Shown here in pieces: positions 1-13,260 of a DNA stretch of 64,000 nucleotides. The notes below the pieces were generated by a model. It did no database searches. It worked only from the letters and a program-made list of their open reading frames with translations, and was not told where the DNA came from. Positions within the stretch are counted from its first letter, which is position 1. Each line of letters opens with the position of its first letter. Source of the DNA: Eledone cirrhosa. Taxonomy: Eukaryota. The stretch spans positions 157,108,001 through 157,172,000 of the forward strand of contig OZ024740.1 in the NCBI GenBank assembly GCA_964016885.1, in the 5' to 3' direction. The translations under genes and the position numbers were made by a program.

Positions 1-138
1 TTTATCCTTTTCTTTTGTAACTCCCTATCAATTAAGTGGCGACTGTATTGTGAGTATTATTTGCCATCATGTTGAAAGTAATCTTCAATTTGAAAGCAGC
101 CCTCAAACTTTTAGAGGAAACACAAATGTGGAAAAGTA

Positions 139-305
139 CTGTATTTCCCGGCGCCGAAGACGCTTCGTCCTCGAAGACGCACCCTAATTTTGACAACCAA
201 AAATTTGAAAAAAAATAATAAACAACCTTCGGCCTCCAGGACGCATGGTAGTTTTTGAGACTTATTTTAGGGAAAGAGTAGCGTCTTCGACGTCGGGAAA
301 TACGG
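139..305. mobile_element. MITE, Tc1/mariner-pogo type
   Basis: 25-bp terminal inverted repeats (ctgtatttcccggcgccgaagacgc / gcgtcttcgacgtcgggaaatacgg, 3 mismatches). Flanks are TA and CA, consistent with a decayed TA target duplication. No ORF. Confidence 0.75.
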
Positions 306-383
306 CAATTCTTATTGAAGCATTGATAAATAAGAATGAGATAATTTACTATATTTCATACTTTCAACCTGTAATCATTTCAG

Positions 384-478
384 GACCATGTTGATCGTGT
401 TAATTCCATAGCGACATTCGGTTATGGCGCTTCACTTTTGTCATTGAGTGCAGCTATCATAATAATGATTTCTTGTAG
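384..478 (+). CDS. Class B1 (secretin-family, PTH-receptor-like) GPCR, TM1 exon
   Basis: tttcag| acceptor and |gtgagt donor. Translates DHVDRVNSIATFGYGASLLSLSAAIIIMISC(R), matching the class B TM1 pattern GY..SL..L..A..I. Ends in phase 2, compatible with the next exon. Confidence 0.9.
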
Positions 479-1009
479 GTGAGTATAACATTTTATGTAT
501 GTATGTATCTTCTTCTGGTTTTATAATTTCACAATTTTTTTTCTCCCAATAGAGAGAGAGTCGGTTTCTAACATAGACACAAGACTCTCTCATTGGAATT
601 TACACATCAACTAGGTAGATTATGTCTGCATGCATGTGTAGATATGGATGTTATTGTATGTGTGGATGTGGATGTTTTGAATTGTATGTGTGCATGTGTA
701 TATGCTTTGTATCTGTAAATGTGTATATGCAGTTATTAGATGCAAAATTTTAGAATGTTTTACATATTTTTACTGTTCCATTAATGGATTGTACTTGTAA
801 TTTCCTAACTAGTTGTGTATGTATGCGTGTATGTATGTATGTGTGCATGTATGTATGTATATATTCTTGTATGCACGTTTCATATTTGTGTGTTCGGTTT
901 CATTAAATGCTAGCACAGCTGATACATAAATATATACATTTAATATATATATACACACATATATATACACACACCTATATATACATATACATATGTACGT
1001 TTGGGTTAT

Positions 1010-1175
1010 TCGAATATTAATAAATAATATTCGAACCGTTGGTAAACAAACGGCCCAATTAAAGCTGTGCGGTGCCGATCACAAATTATCAGTATGGCAC
1101 AGCCTTAATCGGGCCGTTTGTTTACAAACGAATCGAATATTATTATTAATATTCGATATAACTCATACGTACATA

Positions 1176-1246
<71 letters not shown>

Positions 1247-1504
1247 CTACATATGCATACTTATATAAATATATGTATATATAATTTTTTACAAAATTAT
1301 TACTTAAAACATACAATCCAGAAGAATAGGAATAACATTTATTGCATAACAGTGACACGTGTTTCATTGATGTTACATGTCAATGAACACGTGTCACTGT
1401 TATGTAATAACTGTTATTACTACTCTTCTGGATTGGATGTTTTAAGTAATAATTTTGTAAAAATGTATATATACATATATATATATATATAAGTATGCAT
1501 ATGT

Positions 1505-1579
<75 letters not shown>

Positions 1580-1625
1580 TATGTACGTATGAGTTATATC
1601 GAATATTAATAATAATATTCGATTT
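1010..1625. repeat. Overlapping inverted repeats (1010-1157 and 1131-1625)
   Basis: tcgaatattaat...gctgtgc pairs with gcacagc...attaatattcga. A larger palindrome is centred near 1375 (gacacgtgtttcattga / tcaatgaacacgtgtc), and its arms differ in microsatellite length. Confidence 0.85.
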
Positions 1626-1727
1626 GTGATGTTTTAAATAATAATTTAGTAAATTTTATATACTCTGTAAATTGTTACGCATGGTAGCTTGAGTGGAACT
1701 ACCACATAATTTACCAAATGAAATAAT

Positions 1728-1781
<54 letters not shown>

Positions 1782-1783
<2 letters not shown>

Positions 1784-2280
1784 AAAAGAGTCAGGACCCC
1801 GACGGCTGAGCTCCGGCCGTTCCGACAACTACATCCGAACTCAATATTTTCTTTGTTTTAAAGGCTATTTCTCTCTCTCTATCACTCATTTCTGCTCCTC
1901 TCTCATCCTTTCTTCTTATACTCCTCCCCCATCAGCCTTTTCTTTCTTCCTCTTCCTTACCTTTTCCTACCCCCCCCCCCCTTTTTTCCCAATCTCATAT
2001 ATCCAGCTTACTTTATTTTTCATATGTCGATTCAACACTTCACTGCTCGCAAGTGTTTTTTAAGCTTCATATCATGTCTCCCTATTTTATCTGATGAAAA
2101 CGCAAATATCATCCCATGATGATATCTGTTTTTGAAATGCGGATAATAAAATACTTGGAACTCTTTTAACCATCGTTTGATCTTATATTATTTTTATACT
2201 CCAGTCCTATAAAATGTGGATGTTACTGATCCGATATTTGCATTGCTTTATTGTGCTACAATAAAAATCACCTGCTACAT
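1782..2280 (+). mobile_element. Non-coding PLE-derived module between (TA)n tracts
   Basis: Contains an HHR (2083-2153) and a 3' terminus (cattgctttattgtgctacaataaaaatcacctgctac) that recurs at 5116-5152 and inverted at 25251-25290. The left end 1782-1830 is the reverse complement of the motif seen at 51950-52000 and 53597-53645. Confidence 0.65.
2083..2153 (+). ncRNA. Minimal type I hammerhead ribozyme motif
   Basis: Stem I tattttat/ataaaata; core CTGATGA; stem II (a)aaacgcaaatatcatc-ccat-gatgatatctgttttt; GAAA; short stem III t-gcgg-a; cleavage triplet ATA. Confidence 0.8.
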
Positions 2281-2829
<549 letters not shown>

Positions 2830-3351
2830 TAGTATTTACGTATCGAGAAAGAGAGAAAAAGGAGGGATAGGTGATACATATAGTTATTTGCCAAGTAGCG
2901 TATGCCAAAGGTGCTCGATACTAGTGCTGGCAGTATTAAATATTCGAAGTGTTAATATTTAGTGGGCTAGAGAGTTAGCAGAGCGTAAGCACGTGGGAAA
3001 GTGAAAAATCGGAGAATAGACCGTTAAAACATGTTTATTTAAAATATCACCTACGTACGTTTCGCCCAGTTGGGCTTCTCAGGGGCATAAACAATCACAA
3101 GTGTTCCTTATATAGTTCGGAAAGAGTTTTGGGGGTTAAATCCACATCAAGATTCATTGCTCGCAAAAATATCTTTTTGCGAGCAATGAATCTTGATGTG
3201 GATTTAACCCCCAAAACTCTTTCCGAACTATATAAGGAACACTTGTGATTGTTTATGCCCTTGAGAAGCCCAACTGGGCGAAACGTACGTAGGTGATATT
3301 TTAAATAAACATGTTTTAGCGGTCTATTCTCCGATTTTTCACTTTCCCACG

Positions 3352-3352
<1 letters not shown>
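2830..3352 (-). mobile_element. Solo fold-back pseudo-LTR of the Naiad-type PLE at 3710-5115
   Basis: 2830-3170 is a near-identical copy of 3710-4030. 2991-3352 is a palindrome centred at tcgcaaaaatatctttttgcga. Confidence 0.8.
3250..3311 (+). ncRNA. Hammerhead motif with U3-A8 core variant (mirror copies on - strand at ~3030-3093 and ~3910-3972)
   Basis: tgtttatgccc TTGAGAA gccc-aact-gggc GAAA cgtacg TA ggt...ataaaca. Stem III is palindromic. Confidence 0.65.
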
Positions 3353-3384
<32 letters not shown>

Positions 3385-3391
3385 ACATATT

Positions 3392-3447
<56 letters not shown>

Positions 3448-3507
3448 TATATATATATATATATATTTGTATATATATATATATATTTGTATATATATAT
3501 ATATTTG

Positions 3508-3573
<66 letters not shown>

Positions 3574-3601
3574 TATATATATATATTTATATATATATAT
3601 T

Positions 3602-3632
<31 letters not shown>

Positions 3633-3709
3633 ATATTTATATATATTTATATATTTATATATATATATATTTATATATATATTTATATATATATATATAT
3701 TTATATATA
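3353..3709. repeat. (TA)n microsatellite with TTTA variants
   Basis: Seen directly. Confidence 0.95.
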
Positions 3710-5115
3710 TAGTATTTACGTATCGAGAAAAGAGAAAAAAAGGGGGATAGGTGATACATATAGTTATTTGCCAAGTAGCGTATGCCAAAGGTGCTCGATA
3801 TTAGTGCCGGCAGTATTAAATATTCGAAGTGTTAATATTTAGTGGGCTAGAGAGTTAGCAGAGCGTAAGCACGTGGCAAAGTAAAAAATCGGAGAATAGA
3901 CCGTTACAACATGTTTATTTAAAACAGCACCTACGTACGTTTCGCCCAGTTGGGCTTCTCAAGGGCATAAATAATCACTAGTGTTCCTTATATTGCTCGG
4001 AAAGAGATTTTGGGGTTAAATCCACATCAAGGTTCATTGCTCACAAAAATTTCTTGTTTTGATTTTGCAGCAGGTCAAGGGAGGTAAATCTGGCCGGTGT
4101 TAGGGCAGTCTTTCCCGCACAATTTTTTTTTTTTTTTTTTTTGCCGCATCCATTTGTCTGAGGCTGGGTCTGGTATGCAAGGATTGTTTCCTGGGTGTTA
4201 TTTTGCAGCGCCTGCCTGCCGGGGTGTTAAGACTTGTTGCAGGGAGGTCCAGTGTAATGTTTCACTCTTCATCCTTAACCCATCTGAAGAAGGATATTTT
4301 TAAGCGATGTGTACAACTTATCGCTGTTTCAGCTCTGCTGTTGATGAGCTCGTGGGGTGCAGTTATGATGTGGTCGAGCTCCATGAGGCAAAGATCGCAT
4401 TTCCTCTTGAAGTTGTACGGTGCAGCCCTGCCGACAATCTCCCAGTGCGTGGAGAAGCTGATGTTTAAGTCCTTTAGTGATGTGATGTAGTGCGCGAGCG
4501 AAGTGGAGTGCCTTAGTTTTCTATTTGTGAAAGAGTGGAGATGTGTTCGAAACCTAATTTTGAACGGGCCGGAGGTAGCCCCTATATAATGTTTAGCGCT
4601 ATTGTGGCTAGTAATAGTGCATCTATATATAACCCTATCAGTCAAGCAGTATCCTCTAAGGGGGCAGCGTCCTCTGTCGCGGCAGTTGCAATTTCTGTCG
4701 CGGTTCCGTCTATTTCCCACGGTAAGGCTATCATTGTTGCTGCCTACGTTGTTACCTATGCTACCGAAGCTGTCGTTAGCACCATTACAACCCACAGCCC
4801 GCGGGGTGGTGCGATTGTTATTCCGCACGTCATGTTCTGCATGTTCCCCAGTGATTTCGCGGTTATTCTGATTGCGTCTGCGGATTCCGCTGCCAACACT
4901 ATTGGATGCTGCCAGGGAGTTGTTAAGGCCGATATAGTTATTGTCAGGTGTAGCTGCGTCTGTGTCGAGGTGCTGTGTCTTGGTGATCTTACTGTGGTTC
5001 GTTGTTCCTATAATGTCTGCTAGGTTAGGAGTAGTAGAGAAGGATATTTTTATATTGTTCCTATTAAGAATTTTTCTATACCTATGGTTGGGCGGGAATT
5101 TTTCTATACCTATGC
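3710..5115 (-). mobile_element. 5'-truncated Penelope-like element, Naiad-type
   Basis: GIY-YIG ORF remnant followed by a 3' pseudo-LTR with an HHR, ending ...TACTA(TA)n on the - strand. Confidence 0.85.
4262..5115 (-). pseudogene. PLE C-terminal fragment: linker plus GIY-YIG endonuclease
   Basis: [65 protein letters not shown]. The N-terminal part of the track ORF (to 5260) is microsatellite read-through. Confidence 0.85.
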
Positions 5116-5150
5116 ATTGCTTCATTGTACTACAATAAAACTCACCTCCT

Positions 5151-5152
<2 letters not shown>

Positions 5153-5235
<83 letters not shown>

Positions 5236-5387
5236 TATATATATATTTATATATATTCATATATATATATATATATATACATTTATATATATATATTTAT
5301 ATATATATATTTTTATATATATATTTATATATATATATTTATTTATATATATATATATTTATATATATATATTTATATATATATATT

Positions 5388-5423
<36 letters not shown>

Positions 5424-5449
5424 TATATATATATTTATATATATATATT

Positions 5450-5513
<64 letters not shown>

Positions 5514-5527
5514 TATATATATATATT

Positions 5528-5559
<32 letters not shown>

Positions 5560-5645
5560 TATATATATATATATATATTTATATACATATATTTATATAT
5601 ATATATTTATATATATATTTATATATATATATTTATATATATATT

Positions 5646-5706
<61 letters not shown>

Positions 5707-5783
5707 ATATTTATACATATATATTTATATATATATTTATATATATATATTTATATATACATATATATTTATATATATATATT

Positions 5784-5819
<36 letters not shown>

Positions 5820-5865
5820 TATATATATATATTTATATATATATTTATATATATATATTTATCTT

Positions 5866-5896
<31 letters not shown>

Positions 5897-5948
5897 ATAT
5901 ATTTATTTATATATATATTTATATATATATATATTTATATATATATAT
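5153..5948. repeat. (CA)n then long (TA)n/TTTA microsatellite
   Basis: Seen directly. Confidence 0.95.
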
Positions 5949-6540
5949 CGTTTCTGAATTTGTTTAGCAAGATTCTTTATCTGAAATCGTGTGTTGAAAC
6001 CGATATTGTTATACTTTGGGGGGTTCATGTTGCCAATAAGAAACACACGCACCAGTTGCTTTCACTTTAATTTATTATATATTTATAAATTTACAAATTT
6101 ACAAATTTACAAACTTATAAATTTCTGGTTGGATGGTTGGTTCCACAACCAGATAGTTGTTTATATATAGTCATAGTCCTTTCCTCACACACTCTGTGAC
6201 CTCTTCAGTGACTGGGGATTCCTTTCTTTGTTTCTGTGCCTTTCCTTTCTTCTATCCTACGCACACAGAAACAAAATGGCGTAGGATAGAGGAAAGGAAA
6301 GGCACAGAAACAAAGAAAGGAATCCCCAGTCACTGAAGAGGTCACAGAGTGTGTGACGAAAGGACTATGACTATATATAAACAACTATCTGGTTGTGGAA
6401 CCAACCAACCAACCAGAAATTTATAAGTTTGTAAATTTGTAAATTTATAAATTTATAAATATATAATAAATTGAAGTGAAAGCAACTGGTGCGTGTGTTA
6501 CTTATTGGCAACATGACCCTCCCAAAGTATAACAATATAT
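5949..6540. mobile_element. Palindromic PLE pseudo-LTR module with two HHRs
   Basis: Arms ~6003-6262 and ~6280-6538 are reverse complements. The left arm carries an extra ~55-nt terminus homologous to 54820-54910 (inverted). Confidence 0.8.
6328..6372 (+). ncRNA. Minimal hammerhead motif (mirror copy on - strand ~6168-6213)
   Basis: agtca CTGAAGA g gtcaca-gagtg-tgtgac GAAA ggac TA tgact. Confidence 0.75.
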
Positions 6541-6630
6541 ATATATATATTTATTTATATATATATTTATATATATATATATATATATTTATTTATATAT
6601 ATTTTTTTTTTTTATATATATATATATTTA

Positions 6631-6710
<80 letters not shown>

Positions 6711-6714
<4 letters not shown>

Positions 6715-6870
6715 TTATTTTTTTAATATTTTATCTTGACTCTGTATTCCGTTTATCTTTCACCGAAAGTGATTTTTCATTGCATCTCTTCTTTCCATGA
6801 TATCCGGACTACATTGAGTTCTTCATACGGATTGGACACTACCGTAAACTCTTGGTAGATTTATCTACAT
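6711..6870 (+). repeat. (TA)n-anchored element terminus, homologous to 13261-13395 (inverted)
   Basis: acattgagttcttcatacggattggacactaccgt...ggtagatttatctacat is shared in reverse complement with 13261-13320. Confidence 0.75.
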
Positions 6871-7767
6871 ATATATATATATATATATTTATATATATTT
6901 ATATATATATATTTATATACGTGTGTGTGTATGTGTGCGCGCGTGTATGTGTGTGTGTGTGTGTGTTTGTGTGTGTGCGTGTGTGTGTGTGAAGACATCT
7001 ATAATTGATATGTATGTGAGCATATATATATATATATAAATTCATACATACATACATGCGTGTGTGTGTGTGTGATATTCCTAATAGGTGTGTTATCAAT
7101 TTCCATTCCCTTGGTAATTGTATTTTAGTGAGAAAAATGTATACAAAACAATGTAGCAATTATTAGCGATGCTTAAAAACAGGCAGGATATTAAAAAATA
7201 TTTCACAGGAAATGTGTTTCTTTGTTAACACTCAAATTGAGATCGACAGATAATTTTGTTCTTTTTTTGTTTCCAGCCGATATACGATATAAGCTATACA
7301 ATGACAGTGTGAAATGCGGGTGGATTAGTAGAACAGTGTGATTTCAAGTTCAGTTACCCTGGGATCTCTTCAATTATAGCCACCGCTTTATCGATACCTT
7401 GTCAGTGATCATTGCTAGAGGGAAACCTGAAAGCTATACAAAAGCATTTAGTTGCGAGTTTTCTATGGATGGTCAGTGATGAATAGCTTATGGTAAAGGT
7501 CACAACAGGCACTGAAACTTTTCCAATCTAAATTTTAAGAGAAATACGTAAATAAGAGTTGTTTACATGTTTTCATACATATAAATGTATGAGTGCTTTT
7601 ACAGCTTCCATTAAATCCTACATCGTTTATGAAGAGGTATGAATTTTTAATATTCATACATACATACATACATACAGACAAGGATGGCTTGCCAATTCGA
7701 TGTTATTGTAACGGCAAATCATCCCTGAATGTTTATGTTCACCGAAATCCTGTTATCGTATATAACT

Positions 7768-7866
7768 AATTTTGCAATAAACACCTGATGAAATCGCCTA
7801 AGTCTTGCATCATGATCGGATGATGAACTGGACTATTGAAATACGGATAGCGTTTTCGCAAAATTA
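7768..7866 (+). ncRNA. Hammerhead motif in a short module upstream of (TA)n
   Basis: aattttgc..aaacac CTGATGA [long imperfect stem II] GAAA t-acgg-a TA gcgttt..gcaaaatt. Confidence 0.6.
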
Positions 7867-7904
7867 AACTTTGAAGAATCTTTCCACTTCGGCCTTCTGG
7901 TCTT

Positions 7905-7937
<33 letters not shown>

Positions 7938-7940
<3 letters not shown>

Positions 7941-8374
7941 GTTTAAATAGCTTGACAAATTGAACATTGTGGTCGGCAAAACCTAACACACAATACCAAA
8001 GAAACGAATAAACTAACAGGTTAAAAAGATACACCTGGACAAATCAAACGATAAACGTTTAAAGTGTTTCTATGAATTCGAAATCAAATATCCAACTTAC
8101 GTAACAGGCACGCTCGTGGTATTCCATGATCGAACAGCGGATTCATTTCATCAACAGGGATTCTGTTCTGCTAAAAATCGGAGTGGACGAGCTAAATGTT
8201 GCTGCTATAAGCCAGCCATCTTACACTTAGTTGTCACGTGTTATTTCCAACAAGGGAAGCAACCCCCGGTTTTTGGCGGGTAGATTCAAAGTGTTAACAA
8301 AGGAAATATTATAATTTGCGCTAACATTCAGAATAAAAGCTCTCAACCAGATGTTATTAAACAAACACTTGTAC

Positions 8375-8375
<1 letters not shown>
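7938..8375. repeat. (TA)n-flanked module related to 60186-60660
   Basis: ggcaaaacctaacacacaataccaaagaaacgaataaactaacaggtta resembles ggcaaaacccaacgatacaataccaaaacaacgaaagaactaatcaggtta at ~60337. Confidence 0.55.
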
Positions 8376-8471
<96 letters not shown>

Positions 8472-8738
8472 AGTGGAATTGGAAATAGCACAAAAAGTAT
8501 ATTTATAGGATTTGTTTTCTTTTTTTTTTTTCTACTTTGATTCATCAAAGTGACATAATTGAAAAAATGAGAGGAGCAATTCTTTTTTAAAAAAGGAGTT
8601 TTATAATGTATATAAAATATATATATTGTAGAATCAAAGAAGGAACAAATACAGATCTTTTGAATATGCTTTTCGTGCTATTTCCAATTCCACCTTTTCT
8701 CTATAGCTTCTGTTATGTATAGAACCCTACTCCTTTTT

Positions 8739-8958
<220 letters not shown>

Positions 8959-8975
8959 TGTATGTTTCGGATATA

Positions 8976-9017
<42 letters not shown>

Positions 9018-9035
9018 TATATGTATGTATGTACG

Positions 9036-9067
<32 letters not shown>

Positions 9068-9735
9068 AAACATACATAGGTGTTGTGTATTTAACGCTTG
9101 TTATAGAAGTATTGCATTTGTAGAGTGTCACACAAAATACATTGCGCTCTTTGCTCTGACTGGTTACATCCTGAATTCAAATCTCACTGATGTCAAGTTT
9201 GCTTTTCATACTTTCGATGTCAATGAAATAAAGTGTCAGTTAAGAATTGGGATATAATTGACTTTTCTTTCCACTAGAATTATTGGTCTTGAGCGTGTTC
9301 CGAAATTAGAAACCCTTATTAAAATAATTACTGAATAGTTGAAATGAGTCCTTTACTTCCCAGCTTAATTGGACCTATTACATATGTGTGGGTGGGTGAC
9401 CATACTTTACACATCTAAATTGGCCTATTAACAGCTTTGCATGGGCTTGAAAATAATATTTTGAGTTCTAAGTTACATTATCAAAATCAATTAATATATT
9501 TGTCTTTATCTTATTATCAGTATTATTCTTTGTTTTGTTTTTGTTGCCGTTATTGATGTTGTTTTCTAATTAACTGAGAGACCACATGATTGGCAGGAAA
9601 GCTAATTATAGCTAGCTATTCTCGTTTCATCTGTTTTTCTTTCAATTCACAATAAATGTGTAAAATATCGCATTCTTAATGAATACTTTATATTTTCATT
9701 TTTTATCTTTTATTTTTCTTTAATTTTCTTATCAG

Positions 9736-9898
9736 GCGGTTTCATTACAAAAGCAACATTCTACACATCAACCTCTTCTTGGCATTTTGTGTTCGTTCCA
9801 TTTTCGTATTGCTGAAGACCTCTCTCTTCACACATGGATATGCAATGTCAATTGATGTGTATGATAAAGATGGCACAGAACGTTTTAAACCGGGGTCG
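9736..9898 (+). CDS. Class B1 GPCR, ICL1-TM2-ECL1 exon
   Basis: ttttcttatcag| acceptor and |gtaagt donor. Translates RFHYKSNILHINLFLAFCVRSIFVLLKTSLFTHGYAMSIDVYDKDGTERFKPGS, containing the class B H.NLF..F..R TM2 signature. Phase 2 in, phase 0 out. Confidence 0.93.
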
Positions 9899-11220
9899 GT
9901 AAGTTCGATTAAACACACACACTTACACTTATACACACGCATACGCACACACAAACAAACAAACACCCACACGCACGCAACGGATTTATTTCTCTTCTCT
10001 GTCTCAAACTCTACTGTCCCAATATCGCTATGCAGCAGATACGTCACTCATAATATATATAACCGAAATTTATGAAGATAAAGAAGCAAAGAAATTTAGC
10101 CAGCTGTTGGAGAATAATGCTGATTTGATTGATTGCTCCCCTCTCTCTCTCTCTCTCTCTTCACACACACATACACACACAGACATATACATATAATGGG
10201 AATTTGTCATAAACGTTTACGACATCATTCAATCAAAACCTGTGCTAGCGGATGATTAATTCGTCAACGAGGTGGCGAAGAAAGGTCAACTTCAGTTTTA
10301 GATAATCTAAACAAATTGATGGATGTTTTCCATATCATTCCACGTCATTCTACTGTAGATTTCGCTCTGGAATGTATACAGTTCATGTATGATTTTACAG
10401 ACGGTCATAACCTTTGCAATTAGCAAGAGTGAATTCTTTCATACAATACGATCAACAGGTTTTGTCCATCTTTCATTTTCCTTTATACAATTTAGTTAGA
10501 GGAAGAGGTTTAGAGACATTTTTCTGCAGAATCTCCGAAACTGCTGACCACCGCAGATATCTAGGCCAGACAAAAGGAAGGAGGGTGGGGGGAGATAGGC
10601 CAGTTGGTAGAGTTCTATAATGTTAAGGGTTAACTCTTCTTATGATCTAATTGTTTTATTGTGTTCTGTTACTTGTTTACTATATACACATTCATATACC
10701 CATAAACCATACAAAATTCATATGCATTTTCTAAATACAGCAAATTTAGTATTGCGTTTGATTAATTTATCTGTTATAAAAACAAATCATGAGATAATAA
10801 TGTAAACCTTTCGTCGAATATAATAACTGCTTTATTAACTATAGTAAACATGGCATCTATTTGAGATGATGAGTGAGAATATTGATACATTTCTTACCTA
10901 AAGACTTAACGCTTTGAATGTAACATTATTGATTTTCCAATAATTCACAATATGCCACCCTTTGAATATAATGCATTTCAATGGACTGTAAACTCATAGC
11001 CACTGTTTTGTTAATGTAGACAGGTTCTATTTTACTTATAACATTTTGTATAGGTTCAATGTACGTTCGTTCAATGATGATTTTACCGATAAAATAAATT
11101 GAAAAAGATATGAGAAGGCACAAAATAAAGTAGGAATCCATAGGGAATTTCTGAAGTCATTGCTTCTTTACTTCTATTTTCTAATTCTCGCTTCTGTTAT
11201 CTCTTTATCTATATATGCGC

Positions 11221-11307
<87 letters not shown>

Positions 11308-11493
11308 TATTGAAGTTTCCGTTGAAAATTGAAATAAAAATATATATATATATATATATTTAATATAGAAATGACTTCTACTTATATATATATATATAAG
11401 TACATAGATACAAATATACATTAGTGCGCGTATGTGTGTGTGCGTATGTTTTATCTGGTGGCTATATCACTTTCATTCTTTTTTATATTTCAG

Positions 11494-11650
11494 CATTGGC
11501 AATGTCGTCTTGTGTTAACGTTATTTCACTACGGCATCGCAGTCAGCCAATCATGGATTTTTATCGAAGGACTTTATCTTCAGATGTTATTTTATAGAAC
11601 TCTTATGACGCAACAACGAGGCATTAAACTCTACATCATCTTTGGATGGA
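11494..11650 (+). CDS. Class B1 GPCR, TM3-ICL2-start of TM4 exon
   Basis: tttcag| acceptor and |gtaagt donor. Translates HWQCRLVLTLFHYGIAVSQSWIFIEGLYLQMLFYRTLMTQQRGIKLYIIFGW, with the conserved Cys, W...EG.YL and GW. Phase 0 in, phase 1 out. Confidence 0.95.
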
Positions 11651-13038
11651 GTAAGTAACACTTACAATCTACAATAATTCTCGTCTCGGTATTCATTGAT
11701 TATTATTTTTTATCTTCTTTTGAATATATAAGGTTATTTGATATCACTTAGACAGTGGAAATATATCTTTAAATCAGAGAACTGCCTTGAAAGTTTACAA
11801 CAAACCACAATTTGCTAAAGACACCCCAAGACCAAGCTACTGGTAATAAACGATGACGGTTTCAGTCTATCATCCAAGTAATCTACGATTCCGTCAATCC
11901 AGTGCTGGAGAACGGATCTTCCTTCATCGATCCCAGAAGGGTGAAAAGCGAAGTTGGCCATGGCAGAATAAATAGCATATGTTGCTCTAACTCCTCTGGC
12001 AGAATGAGTAGCATCTATTGCTCTAACTCCTCTGACAATTCACTGCCTAAAGTAGAATTGCAATCAGTACATAGCAGAATGTTACAGTTCTCCTTTCTTT
12101 ATGTAACAAAAATTGCTCTTTGTAGTGTCCCATATAATTCCAACCTTTCAAATATAGTAGCAACAATAGTTTTGCTGTATCAGCTTTTGTCTTTTCCCTT
12201 GGCCGATATCTGAGATGAGACTTATATGTAATTGGTAATTACTGGTCTTCCACATAAACACCTTGTCCGGGCTTGTGCAATGGCGGGGAAATTCTAGGTG
12301 CAATTCGATGGTCATTCAATGACAAAGGAGGTCTTTACACTTTAAACTTTACTCTCTATACCACCAACATTATTCAATGAAAAGACAAAAGCTGGTAAGT
12401 GAACACAAAAGGCAAACGACCGAAAGAGACATCGCAAAATATCCCGTTCCTCTGCTCCAACAATTCTACTAATGCACCGCAGGGTACTGGTACTTTATTT
12501 ATGGATGCTGAAAAGCTGAAAGCCAAATTATCCTCGTCAATATTTGGAGGTATGGCCCAAAGAACCAAGACAAATACTGTAAGGCACATAATCCGACGCC
12601 TAAACAATTCGTAGCCTTAGTTATTGACGAAATTCTTTATGGTGAAACTTCAAAGAATTAAAATAGTAGGATGCTCAGGCATGGTTATGGGGCTCGTGGT
12701 TCAGTCCCGCTGCACATCGCCTTTGGTAGATGTCTTCTACTATAACCTCGGTTAGAGCAACATCTTGTGAAAGGAATGTGGTAGACAGAATCTATGTATC
12801 TGTGAGCGTGTTTGTGTTTGTGTGTGTGAGTCCATGTTTCTTTTTGTAAATGTATCTATGATTATTTGCCGTAACCTAGCGGTTTGAAAAAAGAGGCCGA
12901 TAAAAGTACTGGGGTTTTAGATGATCATCTACACCCTGTTAAAGAGGTATCCATGCATGGCTAATGTTTGATGTCTGAAAGTAGTAAAAGAATGTGTATG
13001 TAAATATATATGTGTGTGTATGTAGATGTATGTATATA

Positions 13039-13236
13039 CAAGGGTCAGCTGAAACGTTCATAGGCTGACCAACATACTCTCATGGAATAACTAAATGAGG
13101 TGTATTTTTCTACATAGTGTCTTAAAAGAAACAATGTAGTTATTAATAAAAAGTGTTGAAATTAATGCATGCAAGATTTCGCACCACTAGTATCATTCCT
13201 TCATAGTCAGCCAATGAACTTTTCAGCTTACTCTCG
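13039..13236. mobile_element. mariner-type MITE
   Basis: 31-bp TIRs (caagggtcagctgaaacgttcataggctgac / gtcagccaatgaacttttcagcttactctcg, 5 mismatches) with TA on both sides. Confidence 0.8.
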
Positions 13237-13260
13237 TATATACATACATATATATATATA

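Noticed and set aside
7278-7498. Possible extra exon after ttttgtttccag
   Set aside because: Stops in all three frames, and the flanking GPCR exons already join in frame without it.
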